The position numbers and the translations under genes are program-made. DNA of 64,000 nucleotides from Rhizophagus irregularis. Its lineage: Eukaryota. Each line of letters opens with the position of its first letter. Within the stretch, counting starts at the first letter, position 1. The stretch is taken from positions 1,550,001-1,614,000 of the forward strand of contig NC_089432.1 in the NCBI RefSeq assembly GCF_026210795.1, read 5' to 3'. Below the pieces are notes generated by a model. The model searched no databases. It worked only from the letters and a program-made list of their open reading frames with translations, and was not told where the DNA came from. Shown in pieces: positions 27,081 to 40,870 of this stretch.

Positions 27081-30000
27081 AATTATTTTATTAAACAAGA
27101 AAATTAAAAAAAAGTAAGGTTTTGTTAAAGTAAGATTAAAGATTGTAAAGTAATCATAAAGTAAGAAAAAAAAAATTATAAAATAATTTAGAATAGAGAT
27201 AACCAAAATGCATAAGGATCTTAAATACAAAAAAAAATAACTTATATGTGGTATGACTTGGACTGACACATTAACATGAAAAAATAATAATTATAGTAAA
27301 TGACCTGGCTTTTGTCAGTCTAGCTCATTATTGCAAGTAAGATGATATGGAATGATATGATTTTACTCATGATAATTATTATCTTGATTTTGCTAATAAT
27401 GACAAATTATGATTTTTAATTCATATAATGTCATTTTTTTTACCAAAAAAGGAAAAAGATCTTATAAAAAATTAATAATTATGACACATATTGATATTAT
27501 AACAGATACATTGTTCATAGTAATTAGTAAGAAAGCATTGGCTACTTCTCTTAATGAATATAAAACCATTATTTGTAATCTAATTTATTTTTTAGAAACC
27601 TGATAATGATACTATCTAATTTTGAATTGTTCATATTAAGTTAGCATTAGAAATCAAATACTTCTCTTTATGAATATAAAGTCATTAATTTATTTTTTAC
27701 TTTTTTAGGACTTATATGATTTTACTATTTTAGGAAATTAAAAAATTCAAGTAGTATTATTGTTAGTGACTACTAGTGAGTCATTATTTGTAATTTTATT
27801 TAGATTTATAGAATAGATAAAATTAATACATGCCACCGCATTATACTGCATTTTATTAGTAAAATCCGGTGTAACAATATTTTTTACATATGATTAAATA
27901 TGTACCACACTAAAGATTCGTTATATCGTTAAATTCGTTATACCAAATTCACCTGACTGTATTGAGTATTGATAAGATAATTTTGAGCATAATTATATAA
28001 TTCTTTTAAGAGATTGAATCTTAATGCCTGAAGTCTCCTCGTGATCAAAGTAACTAATTCAGGAAGAAATATAAAATGTTATTTTTAAATTATTTTGTGT
28101 CACTGTGTGAAAGATAAAATATATTATACCATTCTAACCAAATCATATTCTGTTGCTCAAAGGAAATTATTTTTCGTCATATCTTAAAGAGTCGTCATCA
28201 TACATGATCACGATCCATGAATTTTTTTTTTTTATTAAGGAGCGAAGAAATTAATTTAAACACGCTGAAATAAAAAAATAATTGAAGATAGAGGAATTTG
28301 CTTTTTTATTGAAGCATGGACAAATAATATTACGTAGCCATTGTTTACTTCAGATGTCAAGTGATATACAGTATTATCAGGAGCCTTTCAAAGATCTGAT
28401 GACAAGAATCCATTATAACACAAAACCTGACTATATTTAAATTACTTTTTATGTAGAAGATATTATTGTAACACTTGGTAATAATTAATCTTTTTATTAA
28501 TATGTAATAATTTTAAAATATATTACAAATAAAAAAATTAATATTTTATATTTTTTAATATTTAATAATTTCTCAAAAATCGTAAAAATGAATGTTTTAT
28601 TTAATATTTGATAACATTGCAAAAATCAAATTAATATTTTTTTTTTTTTTTTTTGATATGTAATGATTTTTAAGAAAACTTCGCAAACATTAATGTTTAT
28701 TATAAAAATTAATACTTCTTATTAATGTTTAATAATGTTACTTTTAAAATATTAAAATTATTATGTCATTATAATATAATTGTCAGGATGATAAATGTTG
28801 TGATAATGAGTGTTGTGATAATGAATGTCAAATAAATGGAGGGAATAATGTGGTTTCAAGATTTTGAATTTCGGAATTATGATTTATCAGGATTGTGAGC
28901 ATCGGGTTTGTATATATAAAGTTTATATTTTTACATAATTGTGAAAAAAACTTTTTTTAATAAAAAATTAAAAGCTCAAAATATTTATATAAATAATTAT
29001 ATGGAATCCACTTATATCATGTAATTTTTTTTGCCGTAAAAACACCCTAAAAATGGTAGCCGGATCAAATTTGCCGGTTACACGTGATTTCGGATAATGA
29101 TTTTTGGTAATCTCATGTCGATCTTTTTAACACGTGCATAATTTTTTCGTTTGATCAATTTTAAATCAGTTTTTTTCTCTTCATTTTAATGATTTGATTA
29201 TGTCAAGCTAACAAAATAAAAGTCTGTAAAGGGTTTCATGTTTGAAGAGTTTCTGAATATAAAAGGTGTTGCTTTAAAAAAGTGTTTACGTTGCCGAAAT
29301 AATATAAAGACTATTTGCAGAAAATATTAAATAAGATATACATGAATATTATGATATAAAAAAACTGTAATTTTTAATTTTTTTTATTAATGTAAATATT
29401 AATAATTAAGAGTTATTAGAAGAATCACGTAACAAGCCAAAAAACGGTATTTATGGTTAAAAAATGTTCGTTCTAATTTTAACTCATTTGAAAAAAATGA
29501 ATAATGATATTATAGCACTGGAAAATCGTAGAACTATACCGAGAACTTGGATAAGAATACAAGGTATTAGGATATTAAAATAATTTTTTTTTAATTTCTC
29601 ATCTACATATATGATTATTCAATTTTTAATTTACACAAATGTATTAATAACAATTATTAATTAGTGGATCTAAGATGTTCTTTGATTAAATTTGAAAAAA
29701 CATATTGTACATAAAAGTTAATTTTAACTTTAATTAAATGCAGGTTATTTAAACATGGCTTTTAACGATTGTAACAACTAAAATAATAAATATTAATATT
29801 TGGTTTTGGTTAAGAAGGCATCACTATTTATCAAGCAACATCAAGCAAAATATTTTAATTTAATTAAAAATGATTGTTTGTAAACAACTTGAAATTTTTT
29901 TAAATACTAAAGATTTACATGGAGCGATTTATTAAAGTAAAGTTTAACTAATAATCCGTGTACGAAAGAAAACTTTACTTTTTATATATTCAGAATGTAT

Positions 30001-30749
30001 AATTTAAGAGTGACGCAGTATTTTTAAAAAGGTTCAAATTTGATTTTTTGTGAATTTATTAAAAAAATGGAAAATTTGCATAGTTTTTGGCTGTTTTTAA
30101 CGTTATTAAAACAAATAAAAATTTTTTACTTTTTTTTTTTGAAAAAATATTTTACATTTCTTAAGTGGATTTGTGAGATTTTGAATTTATAAAAGATGTT
30201 ATAAATAGTCATTTTTAATTCTGGTCAGAATATTTATTTCAGCCAGAATTAGACGTTTAAAGAATTTTGCTAAAAAAGTTGAATGATCCGCTAAATATTC
30301 AATGTTAGCCCGAATTATGTTTACCCGTTTAATTTTAATCTAACTGATGTAACATCTAAGCCCGTGATAAGTCACGTTGCCACCTTAGATATTAACAAAA
30401 TAACTCTTTATTAATAATATAAATAAATACAATAATATGCTAATGTTAAATAATAAATAAATAAATTATATAATGATTCCATTTTCTTAAATTCGTAACT
30501 CTAAAATTGTAACTTGTTTTTGGGGAGGTCACACTATCTTCCCTTTTTATATTTGTTTATGTTTCACCAAATTCATAACTTGATTTCATGGATTTTAACT
30601 TCAAAATTTCATTGAGATTATCTTTATAAAATCTAACCTATCCATAAGATATAATTCACTTTGATCCATAATGATCGTCATTGCCTCCTTAATTATAATT
30701 TATAATAATTCTAGCATTAACGTAATAATCTACAAATTAATCACCTGAT

Positions 30750-30900
30750 ATTTCAAATCATTTGACCTTAATGATCTAACGTCATTTACGGATATTAATT
30801 ATCCTTAAATCACATGATTTATAGTTTAACGTCATTTCGGACCAATAATTATCCCTGACTCACATGATATTAGTTTAAGGTCATTCCGGACCAATAATTA
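30750..30900. repeat. short degenerate tandem repeat (~50 bp, about 3 copies)
   Basis: TCACATGAT...AGTTTAACGTCATTTCGGACCAATAATTA repeated. Confidence 0.55.
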
Positions 30901-30981
30901 ACAATACAATTTTAAACTAAAAATTTATACACTAAGATTAAATATAATACTGCGCCCTCCAATTAATAAATTTACTATGTA

Positions 30982-31680
30982 CACTCCCCGGTAAAAAGTA
31001 TCCAACCACCCTAAAAATTAAAAAATCTTAAAAAATTCAGTTGGCCCAACAATAAATTTATATTTATTTTAAAAGTTTGAGACATGAGACACTTTTTAAA
31101 AGTGTTTTTTTAGCTTAATTATTAGTAAAAATTGGCGGACATTTTTAATTCTAAAAATGGCAAAATTCTTAACTTTTTAACTAGAGCAGTTACGGCCAAA
31201 TGAATTCCAGAAATCAATTCTTTGACTAAAAAATAGCTTATGTTTAAAAAATCAGAAAGATTGGACTGGTAGTTGCCGAAAAATCCACCACTGAAGATCA
31301 TAATTTTTATACTAAAATTTGGCAAAAATGGTAATTTTACCGTTTTTACATATAAAAATTATGATCTTCAGTGGTGGATTTTTCGGCAACTACTAGTCCA
31401 ATCTTTCTGATTTTTTAAACATAAGCTATTTTTTAGTCAAAGAATTGATTTCTGGAATTCATTTGGCCATAACTGCTCTAGTTAAAAAGTTAAGAATTTT
31501 GCCATTTTTAGAATTAAAAATGTCCGCCAATTTTTACTAATAATTAAGCTAAAAAAACACTTTTAAAAAGTGTCTCATGTCTCAAACTTTTAAAATAAAT
31601 ATAAATTTATTGTTGGGCCCACTGAATTTTTTAAGATTTTTTAATTTTTAGGGTGGTCGGATACTTTTTATCGGGGAGTG
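30982..31680. mobile_element. foldback MITE, Tc1/mariner-type (TA TSD)
   Basis: TA|CACTCCCCG...CGGGGAGTG|TA; arms 30982-31311 and 31351-31680 are near-perfect reverse complements around a ~40-bp loop. Confidence 0.9.
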
Positions 31681-31699
31681 TATATTACGGCATTACACT

Positions 31700-32798
31700 T
31701 AGTGCTTCGACCCGGATGAAAACCGTCATCCGGATTACACAAAAAAAAAATCCGGATTATATCCGGATTGACCCGGATTTTGAATCTGGATCAGATAATC
31801 CGGATAGAAACCGGAAACCGGATTGGATTTACAAATGATCGGCAATAATTCTGGCCAGAATTCATAACACCGGCCAGAATTACAAATTGTGTAACATTAA
31901 ATTTTCATGCCAGCCGATAAAAAATTTTTTGCCCGGTGGCTAAACTATTTTCCCGGTGTCACGTGATGTTAATTTCGGCCAGAATTACAAATTTGGCCAA
32001 AATTATCCAAGACCACGAAATTTACATAATTCCAATTTCATTAAATACTTTTCTTTAAAACAATTTCATATTATTTCAGCATTGTCTCAGACTATTGTTT
32101 AACATTTCTTTGTAAATTAACTAATTATGAAATTTTAAACAAGATATTTTTATATACAGCTAAAGATTACTATAAATAGATGTGTTGGGTTAGTAAGGCA
32201 ATTTTTTAAGGATTTGTTTCTTCTTTCAAAAATTAAAGAATCATTTGAATCAAATTACATAACACTAGTTTTAATTTTTAAAAAAAGTTGTTATAATTAT
32301 ATAAATTTATAATATTGAACAATTTTTCATTTTAAAACAATAATTATTATTTTGTTGTAACAAAAATAATATAAAGTTTTTTTTCTTTTGAACGTTTGAA
32401 TGTGAAATCTAAAATTATTTGTTATTTGTTAATGTATAAATTTAAATAAACAAATCTGATACAAACTTCAATAAATAAATTATAATTGAAAAATCTTCTT
32501 AAACTTACTGTATTAAAAAGTTTAATAACAAATATAAATTTAATAAATTTTAATAAAAAAATTGGTATTAGGCGCAAAAAATAATTAGCCATAATATCAT
32601 TTAGATATAGATCTTTATGGATCAGCAAAATTATTATTAATAAAAAAAAAAATAATAAAAATTTCATCCGGATTCCAGGTCAAACCGGATATTTTTCATC
32701 CGGTTTATAATCCGGATGAAAACCGTGAAAATCCGGATATCCGAAAAAAAAAAAATCTGGATCAATCCGGATTGATCCGGATACGGGTCGAGGCACTA
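31700..32798. mobile_element. non-autonomous hAT element (~1.1 kb)
   Basis: TIR TAGTGCTTCGACCCG...CGGGTCGAGGCACTA; perfect 8-bp TSD ATTACACT (31692-31699, 32799-32806); ATCCGGAT subterminal arrays at both ends. Confidence 0.9.
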
Positions 32799-33727
32799 AT
32801 TACACTGACAATCATTCATTTAACGGTTAATACGGTAACCGGTTAAGGATCTTTTTTGGCCGATCCCAAATTTAGTATGGTGAATGATTGGTTAATGATA
32901 TCATATTTAAAAATACTAACAGACTAACACCAATTTATTTCATGAACAAGCCAATAAAAAAACACAATGACTTATTTTAGTATAAATATGGACATAAAAG
33001 AATAAATAATTACTGCGTTTAATCGGCACTTGTACAATTAACAATTATTATACTTTCAAGACGCCGTTCTTAATCATAGTGACGCTAATTATTGTTCAAC
33101 CAAAGGCTAGTGCAATAATATAAGAGAGTCAGCGAAAGTAATAGGCAGCATAACGAAATTTTGGTCTTAAAAAATTTTACATTTACCATTTATTATTATT
33201 TGGCACAGCAAAAAATACCAAAAAAAGTTTTCATACTTTTTAATGAATCCTTTTTAATATTAAAAGCAAATTTTCAATGATTAAAAAAGAAATTGATTGC
33301 GTAAATATACTTACTTATTTTAGCTAGAAAAAGTACTTTTTTTATCTCAACTCTGTCCCAAATCCCAACCTCAAATCCAACCTAAACCTTGAACAAATTG
33401 AGATTTGGGAAAAGGTTAGCAGGCTGATCATTTTGGCTTGAGTTAAGAATTTAAGATCACTAGATTAAGTAATAATTTGTAAGGTGTTTGTTTACCGGTT
33501 CCACGGTTCCAAACTTTAACTTTAATTGTAATTTGAAAGCTTTGAATAAATTCAAAAAAGCGAATCAATAAATAAAATGAATGACTAAAAATGTAAATTA
33601 TTTATTTGATATTTTCCTTATAAATATAGAGTTTTTTTTTTTACGGTAGTAAAATTTTTTTCTTCAAGTTTTCTTAGTTTTCTTTTAAAAGATTTTTTTT
33701 TATATTTTGGTACAATAAAGAGAATAT

Positions 33728-36700
33728 ATGGATTATATGGATGATCCAGAACTCGGAAACCTTACATTCGGAGATTATGTGGCCATTAGCCCAGAAGGTT
33801 CGATAGTGGCAACGTTCACCCAAGAGACCCGACGTAAGTTATAATTTATGTATGGTAACTAGTTTTCTATTAAAATAATAAAAAAAAAATGTTGAGCTTT
33901 CCCTAACTTTTCTTTCAGATGACTATTCCATAACAATTAAAGAATTGGCGACAAGCAAAGAAAAAAGAATAACTTTTAATTTGGAACGTGACGATAAAAC
34001 CATTGGATGGTCTTTAGCTGTTTCAGATATCATTAATAATAATGAAATTGGCGTAGTTGCAATATCTTGTATTACTGAAAAAGATATGAAACCAAAAAGA
34101 GATGAGGAAATTAATAAATATCAAATATTATTAAAAATAATTATCAATCAGATAAATATGTTTTCTTATTTTTTTGGTAATATAAAAAAAGGACTAAGAA
34201 GGAATATTAAAAATTTTTTCTTTATCATTTATCCTCTACTTTTCTTTTTTTACTTAATACTACGTTTTCTCAGTTTTGTGGTTTTGCTTACTTACCCGAA
34301 CTTCTTTTTTAATTTTTATCCATTCATCTTTTATTTCTTTTCTTCTTCCTATATTGATAAAGATTATGATAAACAATTTCGACTATCCCAGGTTCCTAGC
34401 GAGGGGATGACAATGCTTTTCAAATTTTCATTTAACAATAATAACAATTATAATGACACTAATAATAATACAAATAGTGACGCTAATAGAAATGATAATG
34501 ATAATACCGTGAAAAATTTTGGTGGGGTTGTTTGTTTTTTAAAAAATTCTTCGAATAGTGCAACACTTGTCTGTACGAATTGTATAAAAATACAAAAGAA
34601 AGAGATTAAATTAAATGAATTAAACGAATTAGACGTACGCGAAAAGGGTGGATATATATTACCTGAAAATTTATTTAAAGAATTGGAAAAATATGATGAT
34701 TCGAGAGGAGATTTGAGCAATCGGAATAATTGGAAATATCTTTTAAAATCTAGATTTCAGGAATTTTTAATGGTTGACACAAGCGATTACCAACAAATAC
34801 AAAGTATTGAAATATACAATATTGATACTTCACAGTTAGTGAATGTTTTTCACAGAAATCGAGGAGAAAAAGATTATATAATTTCAAAAAACAATGAACC
34901 CGGAATTTTTGCAATATCAACTGATTCAAAATTATTTGCTTATTCTTATGGAGACGACAACATTACAATTTATTTGATGGAAAGTGGTCTTGAGGTTGTT
35001 TCGAAAAAATTTGATAATATTCATAAAATTAAATTTTTAGAATTTATTGAGAAAGATGAAAAATTGTTTATTATTGAAAAAGACAAAAAAAAAGGTGTAA
35101 AATTTCATATTTAGCTTATATCAGGATGTTTAAATGATTATTTTCCTATTTCTAGTATTCCAATAAGACATAATGATAGAAATTATCATACTTTGACTAA
35201 AGCAAATGGAAAAATAGTTTTTCTTAATCATAATAATCAAGCTGAAATTCTACCAAAAACAATTATAGAAAGATCCACCTTTGGAGAAAATGATGTGACC
35301 GATGAATACGAGTATAATTCACATGATCTAGAACCATGGAATAATAATACAGAGACTATTACACCTATTCGTGGTAGATTTCTTAATATAAATGACAGAA
35401 AATTTCTTCTTATAATTGGTCAAAATAGTATTCAAGTATGGAAGTCAAATTCCCAAAATTTTAAAGATTTTGAAGATTTTAAAAATTTTGAAAATTCGAA
35501 TCTTGTTTACATATTAATACATGATAATCCAACTAAATTTCAAATAGATGATGACATGACTACTGTTATAACTAATGCATGTAAATCACTTGCCTATCTA
35601 TATAACCGTACAAAAACTAGTATTAACTCTAAGGAAAAATGTGAAAAATTTGTCAGTGGAATCATAACCATTATTAAGGACTTTATCGAAGAATATCCTG
35701 ATAATTGGAAACTTATGGAAGTTCAATATCCTTTAATGGCATATCTAATTTATTCACGTTCATTTTCTTTAATAAAATACATTCTGTTTGGAGTTGAGTC
35801 TAAAAAGAAAAATACTGGTTTGTTACACAGACCACAAAATAAATATGGTTCTTACCCATGTTACGATAATTTTATGTACGATTTAGATACGTACTTAAAA
35901 TCAGCTAAAGTTTTAGATAAGGACTTAAAATCAGCTAATGATTTAGACTTAGCTTTGAAATTTTGCCAAGGTTGGCGTTTTCTTATTTATTATTTATCAT
36001 TAGCGTATTTTGATCCTAACATTTATTATCTATAGACCAAGATGCTGTTATGTTGGCATATCTATTAGAATATTATTCTGAGAATTCCATGGATCATATT
36101 GGTTGGATGATTAATGTTACAAAAATTCTTCCAGAATTATCTAAACATGATTATGGTATATATTTGTTATATAATAATTTTAATTATCCAATTAATTACA
36201 ATTATTTTTATTAATATAAATTTTCATTGTATTAGCAAATTATATGGATTTATTACTTTATAAACCTTGTTTTGGAGAAATGAAATTCAATTTTCCAAAT
36301 AAAACATTTAATTCGCTATCGGTTAGCCAAGATACATTAAAAGTATATATACCACTTACTCAGCTTATCTCAACAGATCATTTGACTATTTTGAAATGCA
36401 TGAAGTACAAAAAAATAAGGTAAAGATCATTTTAACTAGTATTTAAACCGATTCATTATTTTAAATTTATTATTGGCATTTTCATAATATAGATACGATA
36501 AATTACCCGACATTTGTATGATTCCACTACCAAATTTTACAACTTATGATACAAAAATAAAAGATGAAACTGTTCAAGTAGGAGTACTTAGAACATTAAC
36601 TGGAATTTTGCTCGGATTGAGAAATATAATATTTCCACATTTTTATAAGAATAAAGATTTTAGCCCATATCTCCAAGTAGAAAAAAATATTGATACATTT

Positions 36701-38060
36701 TTTAGCATTCCGGCCATGGAAGCAGTTATAAATTCAAGATGGAGTCAAACAAAACAATATTTGTTGATATCTTTAATTTATTACATTATATTTTTAGTTT
36801 TATTTTCTGTTCTTTCTTGGCTTTATTTAAATAATGATATTAATGATAAAAATAAGTACTATTTTTTAATTATGATCCTAATATTTTATTATTCTGGAAT
36901 ATATTTATTATTAGTTGAAATTATACAAATGATAAAGTATAAAGGCAAATATTTTACATTATTTAATATATTTGACCTATGTAGTGTCATTTTAGGTATG
37001 ATTATATTTTCTATAATTTTGGCAAATTCATTCAGTAGTAAAATTAACGGGCTCAATTATGAATGGATGATTTTCGCAACATCAGTAACTGCCTTTTTAC
37101 TTTGGATTGAAATGGTATGTTTAATGTATTCAATTATCATATACGAATTTTTAAATTGATTTTATATATTAATTTATTATTTTCTTTACTTTCTAAAGCT
37201 TTTAAGGTCAAGATTATTTTCAGAGATAGCAATAAATATATATATTTTTGGAAATATTTTAGGAAAAATTTTACCATTTTTTGCATTTATGCTTATTTTA
37301 ATTATGGGAGTTGGGCATTCAATGTAACTAGTGATCTTTTCTTTCTTTTTTTTTTTATTATAATTTTATGAGATTAATTTTTATATATATTTATAAATTA
37401 GGTTTATTCTTTTTGGATTTTCATCACTTGTTGATTCACAACGGTCAAACTCGAGTTTTACATTAAAAAACGGAACTGATAATTTTACTTTAACAGAAGA
37501 GACCCCTAATAACCCTTTCGATACACCATTAGATGCTATACTTTCAGCATACAATTGGGATTCAACTAATTTACTTCCTTATAAATATTGGGCATTGCAA
37601 TTATTAGCATTCATAGCGAGTGTTGTTATAGTACTTATATTATTAAACATGATTATTGCATTAATGAAGTAAGTAATTTATTTATTAAATATTGTAATAT
37701 TGTATGTATTTTATTTATAAATTATTATTTATTCTTTAAAATTTATTTAGTGACACATTTAATAAGGCTAAAGAAGATGGTAAACTTGGATTATTAATAT
37801 TTAGATCAGAACTTATTAATGATTATGAAAGACTTAACGTTGATAATCCTTTCTTTGGCGAATCATTAAATGATAATTTACAATCCCCATATATTTGTTT
37901 CCGTCAAGATCCTGACTTAATGAAAAGATGGAAGAAAAAATCTAGAGAGCTTAAAACGAAAAAATTATATTCATGGTTTAATGAAAGTGCTGATAAAGAA
38001 AAGATAACTTTTGACATTAACCTTTGGTATGAGGCACTTATTTCTGGTAATGAAGATTAA
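33728..38060 (+). pseudogene. TRP-like cation channel paralog 2 with one in-frame premature stop
   Basis: Same exon layout as, and long near-identical stretches with, 17937-22215; TAG at 35112-35114 aligns with TGG in paralog 1; downstream exons remain open through LLNMIIALMN-DTFNK to TAA at 38058-38060. Confidence 0.8.
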
Positions 38061-39379
38061 GGATATTTGTATCTATAGCTTCTAGTTCATCAGCTATGAC
38101 ACACTAGTTATTTATTGTATTTAGAATTTTATTTGTATATTTTGTTAATGTATTTTTTATATGATTTTTTTCAATAAATTTTACTCTAACTACTATATGA
38201 TATCCAATGAGTAAATAAGTTCATTAACATTATTTTCTTTTGAGAATATTAGAATCCGCCAATATGACACGGTAAATATTGTTTTCTAATCTTATTGTTT
38301 CTAAGTCCAAAACTTGGTCTGAAGCCTTGTGGTTGTATCATTCTCTTCTATGATGTTGGATATCTGATACACGTGCATGGGATCATTTATTATGTATTGA
38401 TTATTTGATGCATTTGCATTTTTATCATGTTTGTTGGTAGAGATACAATTTACTTCTAATCTGTCATTGTCTTGAATTACGATTTATTTATTGTGAATAT
38501 TTGGCTTAGGAGACTTTGGAAATCGAGTTGTTATTTGATAGTCAGCAAACAAAGTTTAATTGTGCTGATTTTTTAGAGTTCATTCCTAGAATTTTACGCC
38601 ATAGTTTGTGGAAATTGACATTTAATTGCCCATTATCATAGAAATCGCCAATTGAATTTCTTTGTGTTTCATTATAAATACGAGTCCAAAGAAAAAGAAA
38701 GATCTTGGAAAGTATGTCTAATTTTTGGTTGATATCGTTTAGGTAAATGATTTTAATTGTCAATCGGTATAAAATGATAGTCAAAATTGAATGATGATTT
38801 CCTCACAAAATTACGAAATTTGTCAATTTCTAGCCGAAACTACTTGAAATTTTTACTGAAAAAACCTAAATATTTGGGTTTTATCATCTAAATATTTTAA
38901 CATTACTTTCTTAAAGTTTCATAAATAGTTTCTAAACATAGTCAATTAGTCAAAATATCGATGACATTTTTTGTTTAACGAAAGTATTGTAAATTAACTA
39001 ACACATATTCACCTTTAAAAAATATGATAATATATATTTAAAAAAAGTAAATCAAAAAACATGAAAATTTTCGCACATTCGGATTAATGGCTTTTCACTT
39101 TAATGCGATCAGCCTGTTGTGTAACCACACTCTGATTTTCACGAACGCTTCTAATAAAACATTTTTTGCTATGTCCATTCCTTTATGATTACTCACGTTT
39201 TCATAAAATTTTTACTGTAAACTATACACCTAAAAAGTTATTAATATGATAGCTACCAAGCAAGAGTTGGTAATTAAGCTATGTAGTTTTACAGATTTCC
39301 ACTTTTATACTGGTCACCCTATCTAGTTGACAAGTTATCTAAATTTAACTAATCATTATCATCCATAGGTTAACAGAAT

Positions 39380-40870
39380 AATAGTAGTAATTATAAACAA
39401 GTAAACGTTAAATATGATGGGAGCTTTAATAGCCTATTCAAAATAGATTCTGCCCTTCACTTCAGCAGTAGTTAAATATAGCCTATCTTTTCTTCTTGTT
39501 ATCATAGTTGCATTGTTATCGTTTTCTTTGCCAGTTACAGAAATAATTGTGTCCCCCATTTTGATCACCCAATCGATGGGTCTCTTTCCATGACTTCCGG
39601 AGACTTCATACTAAGGATAAACTTTTACAGTGCAATCGAAGATGGACGCCACATCATGTATAATCGCAGAAATAAATTCACGTATTTACGCTAGTGATGG
39701 GTGGAGAAGCCTTATGCATTCTTAAAAACTCCTCAATCACACTGTTCCTAATCTCTTCCGGAGTTACTAAATTTCCAATCTCAATACATGGTAATTGATC
39801 ATAGCTATCAGCCTTCAAACCGAAAGAAACTTCATCTTTGGGAGAGTATACAAAGAGAAAGGTTGTTGCGCCATAAAAAAAATAAATTAACTGATCAGAC
39901 ATTTTGTGTAATCGACACGTGAATATCCTAAATATATTGATAGTACTTACACGTGTCCGCAACTATTTCCAGCACCTTGGGGTTATCAGTCCAGATAATG
40001 CTCAATAAATCCTCGTCAGCAGAAATTGAGGAATTTTACGCGCACTTTGGGAACTTGAACTTACCTGTTTAATTTTACGCATTTTACCTGTTGAAATTTT
40101 TCTCTTCAAGATCAGAACTGCCTATTACGATATAGTGTTTCGATCTGGATAAAACTGTTATCCGGATAAAATAATTATTTTATCTGGATGAAATAGTTAT
40201 TAAAATAAAATTTGGGTTAAAACTTATTATTTTAAATTTCGCACAATAATCACATTCGTAGCATCAAGTGCTTTCAAACAAGCTATCATAGAGTTCTGAC
40301 CATTAGTCCCCGAAATACTTTAAATTATCTGGAACTTACAATTCGGATATAACCGCGGATAATTGGATAAAATCTGGATAAACCAGTGGATCGAAGATAT
40401 GCTCATTTCTGTCCCATTCATATATTCTCAAAGCATCTTCTTAAAACCTTCCAACGTCACCATTTCTCGGGTTACTGTCCATTGAAATTTACATAAAATT
40501 ACACTCTTACGCCTATACGTTGCGGTGCAGTGAACTTCTTCTCAACAGGATGTTGTACGATGATATGCATGTGCTCGTCCGCTGGTTGGGAAGGAAAGTG
40601 TTTGTTAGTTTTCGAAAGAGGAAGCAGTTCCACCTCACCAAACTCGTCCTTAATATAAACGTTAATTTTTGTGTCGACAGAGATTATTAATTTATTGTTT
40701 TCTTCTTCGAGGGAAATGTTGACCTCCCATAACTTCAGGGACGCTGTCAAGGAAAAAATTGACGATAATATTAAGGCAAAAGATCTTAAGAAACTAAATA
40801 GCTTCGTTGTATCTATTTCAACTGCGAAAGCATTTTCATAAGGGTTTTCACCTACGACTGACAAAGCAAC
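39380..40870 (-). pseudogene. decayed Crinkler (Ubl + REase-like) gene
   Basis: VVGENPYENAFAVEI...LKLWEV...HMHIIVQHP N-terminus; downstream remnants KVYP*YEVSGSHGKRPIDWVIKMGDTIISVT parallel the REase motif of the 24972 gene; stops, frameshifts and a MITE insertion. Confidence 0.7.
40133..40396. mobile_element. truncated hAT-type MITE related to 31700-32798
   Basis: Left end TAGTGTTTCGATCTGGATAAAAC resembles TAGTGCTTCGACCCGGATGAAAAC; right end GGATCGAAG lacks the terminal CACTA; GGATAA subterminal repeats. Confidence 0.55.

Noticed and set aside
23060..27861. 17-bp direct repeat (ACTRCATTTTATTAGTA) and CACTAGTA/TACTAGTG as ends of an element carrying the Crinkler gene
   Set aside because: AT-rich match plausible by chance; the CACTA-like ends have no matching TSD
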